This document shows positions 51,999 to 60,990 of a DNA stretch of 64,000 bases, one piece after another (the first letter of the stretch is position 1; every line of letters begins with the position of its first letter). The translations under genes and the position numbers were made by a program. The stretch is from an uncultured Actinomycetes bacterium. GTDB lineage: Bacteria > Actinomycetota > Thermoleophilia > Gaiellales > Gaiellaceae. The stretch is from NCBI GenBank assembly GCA_963790845.1, contig CAWBQC010000007.1, positions 46,893-110,892 on the forward strand, in the 5' to 3' direction. The notes below the pieces were generated by a model. That model saw nothing but the letters and a program-made list of their open reading frames with translations. It was not told the DNA's origin and did no database searches.

Positions 51999-52031
51999 GG
52001 GAGGGGCGCCCCAGACCGGAGCGCCCCTCCC
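51999..52031 (-). terminator. perfect 11-bp GC hairpin between binding-protein and permease genes of operon B (intra-operon attenuator/terminator candidate)
   Basis: GGGAGGGGCGC (51999-52009) and GCGCCCCTCCC (52021-52031) with an 11-nt loop. In the minus-strand sense it is followed by TTAAGCTGAAT, a weak U-tract. Confidence 0.5.
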
Positions 52032-52046
52032 GTTCGTTCGGTTCCG

Positions 52047-53611
52047 TTACTTCGAGACGCAGCCAGAAGCGCATGTAGTACGTCGCGTCCAGCGTCGAGT
52101 CGATTCCCTTCACGTTGCTGCGCCCCACGGCGATCATGTTGCCCTGCCAGTACGGGATCGTCGGGAGGGTCTTCGCGGCGAGGTTCTGCATTCCGGCAAG
52201 GGCTGCGTACCGCGCCTTGTTCGTGCCTGCCGCGCGCTCGCTTGGCGATGAGCTTGTTCATCGCCTTGTTGGCGTAGCCGTTGTTGTAGAAGGACTTCGG
52301 CTGGTAGAACGAGACGGTGTAGTCGTCGGCGTCCGGGTAGTCCGGGAACCAGCCGAGCTGGAACGCTCCATACGTCTTCCCGAGCGCGCCTGAGTACTGC
52401 GTCCATTCGCTCGACTTCAGCGTCACCTTGAACAGCTTCGACGCGTTGAGCGCCCGCTGGATCTCGGTGTACTCGTCTGCCGAAGCGTCACCGTAGTGCG
52501 ACGGGGTCCACCAGATCTGGATCTTGAGCGGCTTCTTGACGTGCGCCTTCTTCATCTCCGCCCTGGCCTTGGCGACGTTCGGCTTCCCGCCGTACATCTT
52601 CTTGTAGGCCTGGTTCGCTCCCGGCAGCCCCTTCGGCACCATCGAGTAGAGCGGCGTCACCGTGCCGTGGTAGACGCGGCTCGCGATCGTCTGGCGCGGG
52701 AAGAGGTAGGCGATCGCCTTCCGCACGTGGATGTTGTTGTACGGCGGACGCTTGACGTTGAAGACGAGATAGCGGATGACCACGCCTGGCGCGGAGTGCA
52801 CCGTGAGCTTCGACTCCTTCTTCATCGCAGCGATCTCGGTCGGGGTGAACGTCTGGAACGCCATGTCTAGGTTGCCCTGCTCGAGTGCGAGCTTCATCGT
52901 CGACGACTTGGTGTAGTAGTTGATGATGAGGCCGCCGTTCTTGGGCTTAGCGCCCCAGTAGTACTTGTTCGGCGTGAAGACGGCTTGCTGGCCCGGCGTG
53001 AACTTCGTCAGCGAATATGGGCCCGTGCCGACGAGATTCTTGACGTCCGTGTTGGCGAGGATCTTGTCCGCCGGGTACTTGGCCTTCTCCACGACGTAGC
53101 CGGCGTTCGTCGAGAGGATGTAGGGCCAGATCGAGAACGGCGCCTTCAGGTGGAAGACCACCTGGTACTTGCTTGGCGCGTCGGTGCTCGCAAGGTCGCT
53201 CAGCAGCGTCCAGATGCCCTGGTCGCCCTTGATCTTTTGCACGCGGTCGAACGACCACTTCACGTCGGCCGACGTCATCGGGGTGCCGTCCGAGAACTTC
53301 ACGTTCTTCCGCAGACCACACGTCCACGTCTTGAGGTTCTTCGAGTGGGTGCAGCCGGTCGAGAGCACCGGCGCGAGCTTCGCGCCGTTCGGGAAGCCGT
53401 AAAGCCCCTCGTACATGTTCAGGTCGGCCGTGAACGAGTCGTAGTCGTATTGATTCGCCGGGTCGAGGTTGACGACGGTGCCCGTCGTCCCGTCGACGAT
53501 CACCGGCAGAGCCTTACTTGTCTTACCGCCGCCGTAGGCGGTCCCGGCGGCCGCTGCGACGGCCGCAACTGCTACCGCAAGTAGCAACCACCTCTTGCGT
53601 GTCTTGCCCAT
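52047..53611 (-). pseudogene. ABC substrate-binding protein, family 5, operon B, two frameshifts near its 3' end
   Basis: The ATG at 53611 is preceded by GAAGGAGGG. MGKTRKRWLLLAVAVAAVAAAAGTAYG...DPANQYDYDSFTADLNMYEGLYGF...FSDGTPMTSADVKWSFDRV...RKAIAYLFPR... (track ORF 51995..53872). Then ...GMQNLAAKTLPTIPYWQGNMIAVGRSNVKGID (ORF 51979..52191). The likely true end is ...FW-CVSK* at TAA 52047-52049. Confidence 0.8.
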
Positions 53612-53748
53612 CCGTTGTCCCTCCTTCAACCGGTTGTGCGGCGAGGCGGGACGATTCGCTCCGCTCCGCGCCCCTAGAGCCAATCGCAAACGCCCCGCAC
53701 CGTCAAGCGGGAGGCTAACGCTGGGATAACGTCCAGGCTTGGTGTTTG

Positions 53749-54834
53749 TTAGGCCGCCGCGACCGAGATGAGGTCGCGCAGCGCCCCGAGACGCGAGAGC
53801 GCCTGGCCTTCGAGCTGGCGAACGCGCTCGCGAGTCAGGTCGAGCTCGTTGCCGATCGCCTCGAGCGTCCACGGCTCGCCCTCGAAGCCGAAGCGCAGCT
53901 CGAGGATCCGCCGCTCGCGCTCCGGGAGCGCCTCGAGCGCCCGCCGCACGCCCTGCCGGCGGAGCGACTCCTCGGCCTCGTCGAACGGATCGGCCGCCTC
54001 GCGGTCGGCAAACAGATCGCCGAGCTCACCCTCGTCGTCGGCGCCGACGGTCTGATTGAGCGAGACCGATGCGTTCGCCGCGCCCAGCGCCTCGTCGACG
54101 TGCTGCATCGGCAGGCCCGTCGCCTCGGCGAGCTCCTCCTTCGTCGCCTCGCGCCCGAGCTCGACCTCGAGCCGGCGCGCGGCGCGCGACAGCTTCTGCT
54201 GGCGCTCGACGACGTGAACGGGGACGCGGATCGTGCGCGCGTGGTTCGCCACCGCGCGCTGCACCGACTGGCGAATCCACCACGTTGCGTAGGTGGAGAA
54301 CTTGTAGCCGCGGCGCCAGTCGAACTTCTCGACGGCGCGGTTCAGCCCGAGCGTTCCCTCCTGGATCAGGTCGAGGAAGGGGACGCCAAGGCCGCGGTAG
54401 CCCTTGGCAATGGACACGACGAGCCGGAGGTTCGACTCGATCATGTGCCGCTTGGCCGTGGGGTCGCCGCGCTCGATCCGCTTCGCGAGCATGACTTCCT
54501 CGGCTGCGGTCAGCAGCTTGTGGCGGCCGACGTCGGCGAGGAAGAGCTGCAGGCTGTCGGCGGAGCCGGAAATGGCAACGGTAGGCGTTGCCTCGGGCGC
54601 CGGCTCGGCCGGCTTCTCCGGCTCATCCTTCGGCACCTCGGCGGCCGGTGCAGCCGACGCGGCGGCCGGCGGGCCGATCTCGAGGCCGGTGCGCTCGAGC
54701 TCGCGCGTGAGCTCCTCGACCTCTTCGTCGTTGAGCTCCACCTCGGCCGCGAAGGCTTCGATCTGAGCCGGGTCGATGAAGCCACGTTCCTCCGCACTCT
54801 CGACGATCGCGCGGATCTGGTCTGACTCGAGCAA
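53749..54834 (-). CDS. RpoD/SigA-like (group 1/2) sigma-70 factor
   Basis: Intact 361 aa. Acidic region 1, LRLVVSIAKGYRGLGVPFLDLIQEGTLGLNRAVEKFDWRRGYKFSTYATWWIRQSV (region 2), TIRVPVHVVE (region 3), region 4 TLEAIGNELDLTRERVRQLE. The track start is the TTG at 54834. The frame stays open upstream (TLTQNQLNE...), so the true start is uncertain. Confidence 0.85.
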   Translation of the reverse strand: MLESDQIRAIVESAEERGFIDPAQIEAFAAEVELNDEEVEELTRELERTGLEIGPPAAASAAPAAEVPKDEPEKPAEPAPEATPTVAISGSADSLQLFLADVGRHKLLTAAEEVMLAKRIERGDPTAKRHMIESNLRLVVSIAKGYRGLGVPFLDLIQEGTLGLNRAVEKFDWRRGYKFSTYATWWIRQSVQRAVANHARTIRVPVHVVERQQKLSRAARRLEVELGREATKEELAEATGLPMQHVDEALGAANASVSLNQTVGADDEGELGDLFADREAADPFDEAEESLRRQGVRRALEALPERERRILELRFGFEGEPWTLEAIGNELDLTRERVRQLEGQALSRLGALRDLISVAAA

Positions 54835-55054
54835 CTCGTTCAGCTGGTTCTGCGTCAGGGTTCCCTCAGTCCTTTCGTCCTGCGTCGTCGCTGGCGAGCA
54901 AGCCTTCTTACTTACCTTAGGAGGGAAGCCCTCCGGTTACCACCCTCGCGCCGTCCGGTCGGTCGAACGAGCCGCGGCGCAAGTGTATTCCGCGCTTCGT
55001 TCGGGTCCGTGAGGATAGGACGGCCACCGGCTGACGAAGTTTGCAGACGGCTGC

Positions 55055-57778
55055 TCAGGAAGCCTTGCGACGACGCGGGCTCCGTTTCGCCGGGCCCTTC
55101 GCGCGGCGCTCCGCGAGCAGCTCGACCGCGCGGTCGAGCGTGACGGTGTCGGGGTCGTCGCCCTTGCGGAGGCTCGCGTTCGTCTCGCCGTCGGTGACGT
55201 ACGGACCGAAGCGGCCCTCCTTGAGCACGATCTCCTTGCCGCCGACGGGATCGGTGCCGAGCTCCCGCAGCGGCGCCGCGGCGGCTCGCTGGCCGCGTCG
55301 CTGCCGCGGTTGGGCGAGCAGCGCGAGCGCGCCGGGCACGTCGATGGTGAAGAGCTGCTCCTCCGTCTCGAGCGAGCGCGACTCCTTGCCCTGCTGGATG
55401 TACGGCCCGTAGCGGCCGTTGCGCGCGACGATCTCCTCGCCGTCCGGGGCGACGCCGACCACCCGCGGAATCTGAAGCAGGCGAAGCGCGTCCTCGAGCG
55501 TGACTGTGTCGAGCGACATCGTCTTGAAGAGCGACGCCGTGTGAGGCTTCTCCTTCGAGTCCTCGGGCAGGACCTCTGTCACGTATGGGCCGTAGCGGCC
55601 GGTGCGCGCGACGATCGCGCGGCCCGTCTCGGGATGGATGCCCAGCTCGCGGTCGCCGCTGGGCTGCGCAAGCAGCTCCTCTGCGCGCTCCAGCGTGAGC
55701 TCGTCGGGAGCGAGCTCGTCGGGGACGCTCGCTCGCTGCCCGTCCCGCTCGAGATACGGCCCGTAGCGTCCAACGCGGAGCGCGATCCCATCTCCGATCT
55801 CGAGCGTGTTGATCTCGCGCGCGTCGATCGCGCTCAGGTCGGAGACGAGCTCGTGCAGCGCCGGTGCGGTGGAGGCCCCCGTCGGCCCTGGATCGCCGAA
55901 GTAGAAGCGCCCCAGCCATTGCACGCGGTGCTCAGCACCGGCCGCAATCCGGTCGAGGTCGTCCTCCATCCGCGCGGTGAAGTCGTAGTCCACGAGCTGC
56001 CCGAAGTGCTGCTCGAGCAGGCTGACGACGGAGAACGCGAGGAAGGCCGGAACGAGCGCGGTGCCGCGCTTGAAGACGTAGCCGCGGTCGAGGATCGTGC
56101 CGAGGATCGAGGCGTACGTGGACGGGCGGCCGATGCCGAGCTCCTCGAGCGTCCGCACCAGGGTCGCCTCGGTGAAACGCGCCGGCGGGCTCGTCTCATG
56201 GCCCTGTGGCTCGAGCCCGCGCAGCTCGACCGAGTCGCCCTCGGCGAGGTTCGGCAGCCGCCGCTCCTCGTCGTCCTCCTGCGGCGAACGGTCGTCGTCG
56301 CGTCCCTCCTCGTACGCCGCGAGGAAGCCGCGGAACGTGATCACGGTCCCGGAGGCTCCGAACTCGACGGCCTCGCGCTGGCTGGAAGCGCCGGCGGCGG
56401 AGCCGCCGGCGCCCGGCCCGAAGACCGCGCCGCCTTCGGCGCCGCCCGCACTCGACTCGCCCGCGATGCGCAGAGAGACGGTCTGACCCTGCGCGTCCTT
56501 CATCTGCGAGGCGATCGTCCGCATCCAGATCAGCTCGTAGAGCGCGTGCTCGTCGGGCGAAACCTCCGAGCGCACCTCCTGCGGCGTACGGAAGTGATCG
56601 CCCGAGGGGCGGATCGCCTCGTGGGCTTCCTGCGCGTTCTTCACCTTTCGCTCGTAGCGGCGCGGCTCGGGCGGGACGTAGTCGGCACCGAAGAGAGACG
56701 TGGCCTGCGCACGCGCGGCCGTGAGCGCCGACTCCGACAGCGTCGTCGAGTCGGTGCGCATGTACGTGATGTAGCCGTTCTCGTAGAGGCGCTGGGCGAG
56801 GCGCATCGTCGTCTGCGCGGAGTACCGGAGCTTGCGGCTCGCCTCCTGCTGCAGGGTCGACGTCATGAACGGCGCGCTCGGGCGACGGACGTACGGTTTC
56901 CGCTCGACCCGAGAGACCCGGAAGGACGAGGCCTGGAGGCGTTCGGCCAGGCCGCGCGCGGCATCCTCGTCGAGCTGGCGCGCGTCGCCGCGCAGCTTCC
57001 CGTCGGGGCCGAAGTCGCGGCCGGTCGCGACGCGCTGACCGCCCACCGAGAGCAGTCGCGCGTCGAAGGAGTCCCCCCGGGTCGCCTCGGGCGACCCGAC
57101 CTGGCCGGGCGACGGCGGCTCGGCCGCCGTCGCTTCCAGCCTTGAGCCGAACGTCGCGAGCAGGTCCCACCACTGGGCTGCGCGGAACGCCATCCGCTCC
57201 CGCTCGCGTTCGACGACAAGGCGCGTCGCAACCGACTGGACGCGGCCCGCCGAGAGACCGTGCATGACCTTCTTCCAGAGGACGGGCGAGACCTCGTAGC
57301 CGTAGAGCCGGTCGAGGATGCGCCGGGACTCCTGAGCGTCGACGAGCCGCTCGTCGACCTCGCGTGTCTCTCCGAGCGCACGCTCGATCGCGTCGCGGGT
57401 GATCTCGTGGAAGACCATGCGCCGCACGGGCACCTTCGGTTTCAGCACCTCGAGCAGGTGCCACGCGATCGCCTCGCCCTCGCGGTCCTCGTCCGTCGCG
57501 AGCAGGAGCTCGTCCGCGTCGGCGAGGTGCTTCTTGAGCTGCGCGACCGTCTTCTTCTTGTCCGGGTCGACGACGTAGAGCGGTTCGAACTCGTGCTCGA
57601 CGTCCACGCCCAGACGCGCCCACGACTCCCCCTTGTACTGCTCGGGGATCTCCGCGGCGCTGTCCGGAAGGTCGCGAATGTGGCCGACGGAGGACTCGAC
57701 GATGAAGTCCGGCCCGAGGTAACCGGCGATCGTGCGCGCCTTCGCAGGCGACTCGACGATGACGAGACGCTTTGGCAC
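55055..57778 (-). CDS. topA: DNA topoisomerase I (type IA), actinobacterial form
   Basis: Intact 907 aa. TOPRIM LVIVESPAKARTI...LATDEDREGEAIAWH, active-site region YITYMRTDS, four C-terminal repeats (GRYGPYLE, GRYGPYVT, GRYGPYIQ, GRFGPYVT), basic tail ...KRSPRRRKAS*. No CxxC zinc ribbons. Confidence 0.95.
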   Translation of the reverse strand: MPKRLVIVESPAKARTIAGYLGPDFIVESSVGHIRDLPDSAAEIPEQYKGESWARLGVDVEHEFEPLYVVDPDKKKTVAQLKKHLADADELLLATDEDREGEAIAWHLLEVLKPKVPVRRMVFHEITRDAIERALGETREVDERLVDAQESRRILDRLYGYEVSPVLWKKVMHGLSAGRVQSVATRLVVERERERMAFRAAQWWDLLATFGSRLEATAAEPPSPGQVGSPEATRGDSFDARLLSVGGQRVATGRDFGPDGKLRGDARQLDEDAARGLAERLQASSFRVSRVERKPYVRRPSAPFMTSTLQQEASRKLRYSAQTTMRLAQRLYENGYITYMRTDSTTLSESALTAARAQATSLFGADYVPPEPRRYERKVKNAQEAHEAIRPSGDHFRTPQEVRSEVSPDEHALYELIWMRTIASQMKDAQGQTVSLRIAGESSAGGAEGGAVFGPGAGGSAAGASSQREAVEFGASGTVITFRGFLAAYEEGRDDDRSPQEDDEERRLPNLAEGDSVELRGLEPQGHETSPPARFTEATLVRTLEELGIGRPSTYASILGTILDRGYVFKRGTALVPAFLAFSVVSLLEQHFGQLVDYDFTARMEDDLDRIAAGAEHRVQWLGRFYFGDPGPTGASTAPALHELVSDLSAIDAREINTLEIGDGIALRVGRYGPYLERDGQRASVPDELAPDELTLERAEELLAQPSGDRELGIHPETGRAIVARTGRYGPYVTEVLPEDSKEKPHTASLFKTMSLDTVTLEDALRLLQIPRVVGVAPDGEEIVARNGRYGPYIQQGKESRSLETEEQLFTIDVPGALALLAQPRQRRGQRAAAAPLRELGTDPVGGKEIVLKEGRFGPYVTDGETNASLRKGDDPDTVTLDRAVELLAERRAKGPAKRSPRRRKAS

Positions 57779-57868
57779 GGCCGGTCACGATAGCCACCCA
57801 ACGGGCCGACAAAGGCGGTCCCGGGGTCTTCAGGCCGGGGCCATTCGTCCGGACGCGATACTCCAGGC

Positions 57869-58486
57869 ATGCGCCCGCCGCTCGCCTACCAGGCCGTCGC
57901 CGTGCTGAGCTGGCCCGTTCTCTACGGGCTGTTCCGGCTGCGCGCCCGCGGCCGCGAGAACCTCCCGGCTACCGGCGGTTACATCCTCGCCTGCAACCAC
58001 GTCTCGAGCCTCGACCCGTGGCTGGTCGGGCTGCCACTGTGGCCGCGCCGCTGGCTCCGCTTCATGGCGAAGTCCGAGCTCTACTGGTGGCCCCTCAGCC
58101 TCGTGCTCAACGGTGCCGGCGCGTTCAAGGTCCGGCGCGGTCTCGGCGACCGCGAGGCGATCGAGACGGCCGTTCAGCTCGCTCGCCAGGGCCACGTGGT
58201 CGCGATGTTCCCCGAGGGGACGCGGCGAAGGAAAGGTCTCATCAAGAAGCACGAGGCGCGGCCGCGCTCGGGCGCGGCCCGGATCGCGCTGGAGGCGGGC
58301 GTGCCCCTCCTTCCGGCCGCCGTCGCAGGAACCGACCGCCTGCTGAAGCTCGGGCCGCTCCGCATCGCCTACGGGTCTCCCATCGAGTTGGAAGACCTCC
58401 GCTCGAGCGACGACCTGCGGGCCTCGTCGCAGGAGGCGACCGACCGGCTGATCGCCCGGATCGCCGAGCTCGAGGCGTCTCTATGA
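57869..58486 (+). CDS. plsC: 1-acyl-sn-glycerol-3-phosphate acyltransferase family protein
   Basis: Intact 205 aa. HX4D motif ACNHVSSLDP, FPEGTRR, and IALEAGVPLLPAAV. Confidence 0.8.
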   Translation: MRPPLAYQAVAVLSWPVLYGLFRLRARGRENLPATGGYILACNHVSSLDPWLVGLPLWPRRWLRFMAKSELYWWPLSLVLNGAGAFKVRRGLGDREAIETAVQLARQGHVVAMFPEGTRRRKGLIKKHEARPRSGAARIALEAGVPLLPAAVAGTDRLLKLGPLRIAYGSPIELEDLRSSDDLRASSQEATDRLIARIAELEASL

Positions 58487-59280
58487 GCGTGCTACTGGCA
58501 GTCGACGGCGACTCGTTCGCTCACCGCGCCTACCACGCGCTCCCGAAGTCGATCCGGCTCAACGCCGTCGTCGGCTTCACGAACATGCTCGTCCGGCTCT
58601 GGCAGGCGGAACAGCCCGACGCCGTCCTCGTCGCATGGGACACACTCTCGACGCCGACCTACCGGCACGAGGCGTTCGCTCCGTACCAGTCGGGGCGCGT
58701 CTTCGAGGACTCGATCGTCAAGCAGCTCGAGATCCTGCCCGAGGTCGTGGCCGCGTTCGGGTTCCTCGTCGCGAAGGCGCCGGGCTACGAGGCGGACGAC
58801 TTCCTCGCGGCAGCGGCCAAGGAGTGGCCTGAAGACGTGCTCGTCGCGACGTCGGACCGCGACGCATTCCAACTTGCGAGCGAGCGAGTGACGATTCTGC
58901 AACCGGCGCGCGGTGTCAGCGAGCTCGCGCGGATCGGCCCCGCCGAGGTTCGCGAGCGCTACGGCGTCGAGGCCGAGCAGGTGCCCGACCTGATCGCGCT
59001 GCGCGGAGATCCGTCCGACAAGCTCCCGGGGGCGCGCGGCATCGGGCCGAAGAAGGCGGCGGACCTGCTCGCGCAGTACGGCTCCCTCGAGGCGGCGCTC
59101 GCCGACGGACGGTTCGCGGCGGAGGCGGAGGACTTGAGGCTGTTCCGGCGAATCGCGACGATGGACGCCTCCGCTCCCCTTCCTCCCCTCGCAGAAACAA
59201 CCCCGGCGTGGGCGGAGGCGTCTTCTTATCTCGACCAACTCGGCCTCGGCGGGGTCGCCGAACGCGTAGGCGCGTTATGA
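58483..59280 (+). CDS. stand-alone 5'-3' exonuclease / flap endonuclease (Pol I N-terminal domain-like)
   Basis: The ATG at 58483 overlaps the plsC stop (ATGA). MSVLLAVDGDSFAHRAYHALP...GYEADDFLAAAA...ATSDRDAFQL...IALRGDPSDKLPGARGIGPKKAADLL. The track ORF 57772..59280 over-extends the N-terminus. Confidence 0.8.
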   Translation: MSVLLAVDGDSFAHRAYHALPKSIRLNAVVGFTNMLVRLWQAEQPDAVLVAWDTLSTPTYRHEAFAPYQSGRVFEDSIVKQLEILPEVVAAFGFLVAKAPGYEADDFLAAAAKEWPEDVLVATSDRDAFQLASERVTILQPARGVSELARIGPAEVRERYGVEAEQVPDLIALRGDPSDKLPGARGIGPKKAADLLAQYGSLEAALADGRFAAEAEDLRLFRRIATMDASAPLPPLAETTPAWAEASSYLDQLGLGGVAERVGAL

Positions 59281-59417
59281 ACTCGCTTCGGCAAGAAGCA
59301 CGAGCCGCCCGGCCGCGCTGGTCGGCGCGATCCTGCGTCCTCAGTCGCGCGAATAGCGCTGCTACTCACGCTCCCGGCGTCCTTGTCTCGCACTCGACCA
59401 TCGCACCCGGTCAGCGC

Positions 59418-60289
59418 GTGGTCGTGCCGAAGAGAGTTCCATCGACGTCCTGACGCACCCCGCGCTGGCCCGGCTGCACCCGACCGGCGGCCATCCCGAG
59501 CGGCCCGAGCGGCTCGCCGTCCTCCTCGAGCACCAGTACGTCTGGAGCGAGGGCCGCGCAGCAACGGCGGACGAGTTGCAGCTCTGCCACACCGCCGAGC
59601 ACGTTGAGCTCGTCCGCGCAGTCGAGGACCAGGTCTGGCTCGACGGCGACACCGTCTGCACGGCGACGACATTCGAGGCGGCCGCGCTCGCGGCAGGGAC
59701 GACCATCGAGGCTGCGTTGCGTGGAGGCTTCGCCCTCGTGCGGCCGCCCGGTCACCACGCCCTTGCCGCCCGCGCGATGGGGTTCTGCGTTTTCAACAAC
59801 GTCGCCGTGGCGGCACGCGCGGCGCAGCAGCGCCTCGGCCTCGAGCGAGTGGCCATCGTGGACTTCGACGTCCATCACGGGAACGGCACGGAGGCGATCT
59901 TCCGAGAGGACGACAGCGTCCTCTTCGTCTCGCTCCACCAATGGCCGTTCTATCCGGGCAGCGGCGGTCCCGACGACCAGGCGGGGACGACCGTCAACGT
60001 GCCGCTGCAGGCCGGGTCGGGCGACACGGAATACCTCGAGGCCTTCGATCGCGTGGTGCAGCCGGCGGTGGAACGGTTCGATCCGGAGCTCGTCCTCGTT
60101 TCGGCCGGCTTCGACGCGCACGCGGACGACCCTCTCGGGGGTATGCGCATCACCGAGGAGGGCTTTCGCGAGCTTGCCCGCCGCTGCCGGGAGCTCTCCG
60201 GTCGCGTCGCAGCCGTGCTCGAGGGCGGCTACAACCTCGAGACGTTGCCGAGCCTGGTCGACGCGGCGCTCGACGGCTTTACGGGCTGA
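59418..60289 (+). pseudogene. histone deacetylase-family (AcuC/acetylpolyamine amidohydrolase-like) protein, one frameshift near the 5' end
   Basis: ORF 59576..60289: LVRPPGHHA, VAIVDFDVHHGNGTE, SAGFDAHADDPLGGM, LEGGYN. The same frame continues upstream (IDVLTHPALARLHPTGGHPERPERL) with no start codon. GTGs at 59418 and 59424 lie in the frame of ORF 59208..59453. Confidence 0.75.
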
Positions 60290-60305
60290 GCGAAGAGCCT
60301 CGGCG

Positions 60306-60947
60306 TCAGGTGCGCGCGAGAGCGAGTTGCTCGAGAGCTTCGCGACGCGACGAGACTTCGAGCTTGCGGAGGAGGCTCTTCACGTGGGAGCGGACCGTGT
60401 GCTCTGAGATGAACAGCCGCTGGGCGATCTCGTCCGTCCCGTGGTGCTCGTCGAGCAGTAGCAGCACCTCGAGCTCGCGAGCCGAGAGGAGCGATGCGAT
60501 GCGGTCGGGCACGCCCGAGCCACGCGCGCCTGTCCGCACCTGGTCGAGCAGCCTGCGCGCGACCGGCCCCGAGAGCGCAGCCTCGCCGTGCACGACGCCG
60601 TCGAGGAACTCCGCGATCCGCTCGGGCGACTCGGTCTTGAGGAGGTAGCCGGCAGCGCCGCCGCGAATCGCGGCGAGCAGGTTCTCCTCCGTTCCGGAGG
60701 CCGTGAGGACGACGACCTCGCAGCCCGGCGCTGCCTCTCGGAGGCGCGGCAACGCGGATAGACCGTCGAGGCCCGGCATCAGGAGGTCGAGAAGGATGAG
60801 ATCGGGCTGGGTCGCGGCCGCGGCCGCGATCGCCTCTTCGCCGTCGGCCGCGAGCCCGACGAGCTCGAAGCCGCGCGAACGCAGAAGCGCCGCAAGCGCC
60901 TCGCGCGTGAGGGGATGGTCGTCGACGACGAGAATGCGAGCTGCCAC
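60306..60947 (-). CDS. NarL/FixJ-family response regulator (REC + LuxR HTH)
   Basis: The GTG at 60947 (tail of track ORF 60306..61694): VAARILVVDDHPLTREAL...DLILLDLLMPGLDG...VVVLTAS...LSARELEVLLLLDEHHGTDEIAQRLFISEHTVRSHVKSLLRKL. Confidence 0.85.
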   Translation of the reverse strand: MAARILVVDDHPLTREALAALLRSRGFELVGLAADGEEAIAAAAATQPDLILLDLLMPGLDGLSALPRLREAAPGCEVVVLTASGTEENLLAAIRGGAAGYLLKTESPERIAEFLDGVVHGEAALSGPVARRLLDQVRTGARGSGVPDRIASLLSARELEVLLLLDEHHGTDEIAQRLFISEHTVRSHVKSLLRKLEVSSRREALEQLALART

Positions 60948-60990
60948 GGGTCCCTTATCGGCAGCAGCGCTTCTGCCGACAAGGGGGTAA

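Noticed and set aside
57772-59280. 502-aa ORF suggesting a large fusion protein
   Set aside because: Only the last 265 aa (from the ATG at 58483) are 5'-3' exonuclease. The N-terminal part is an out-of-frame overlap of plsC, which is intact in ORF 57869..58486.
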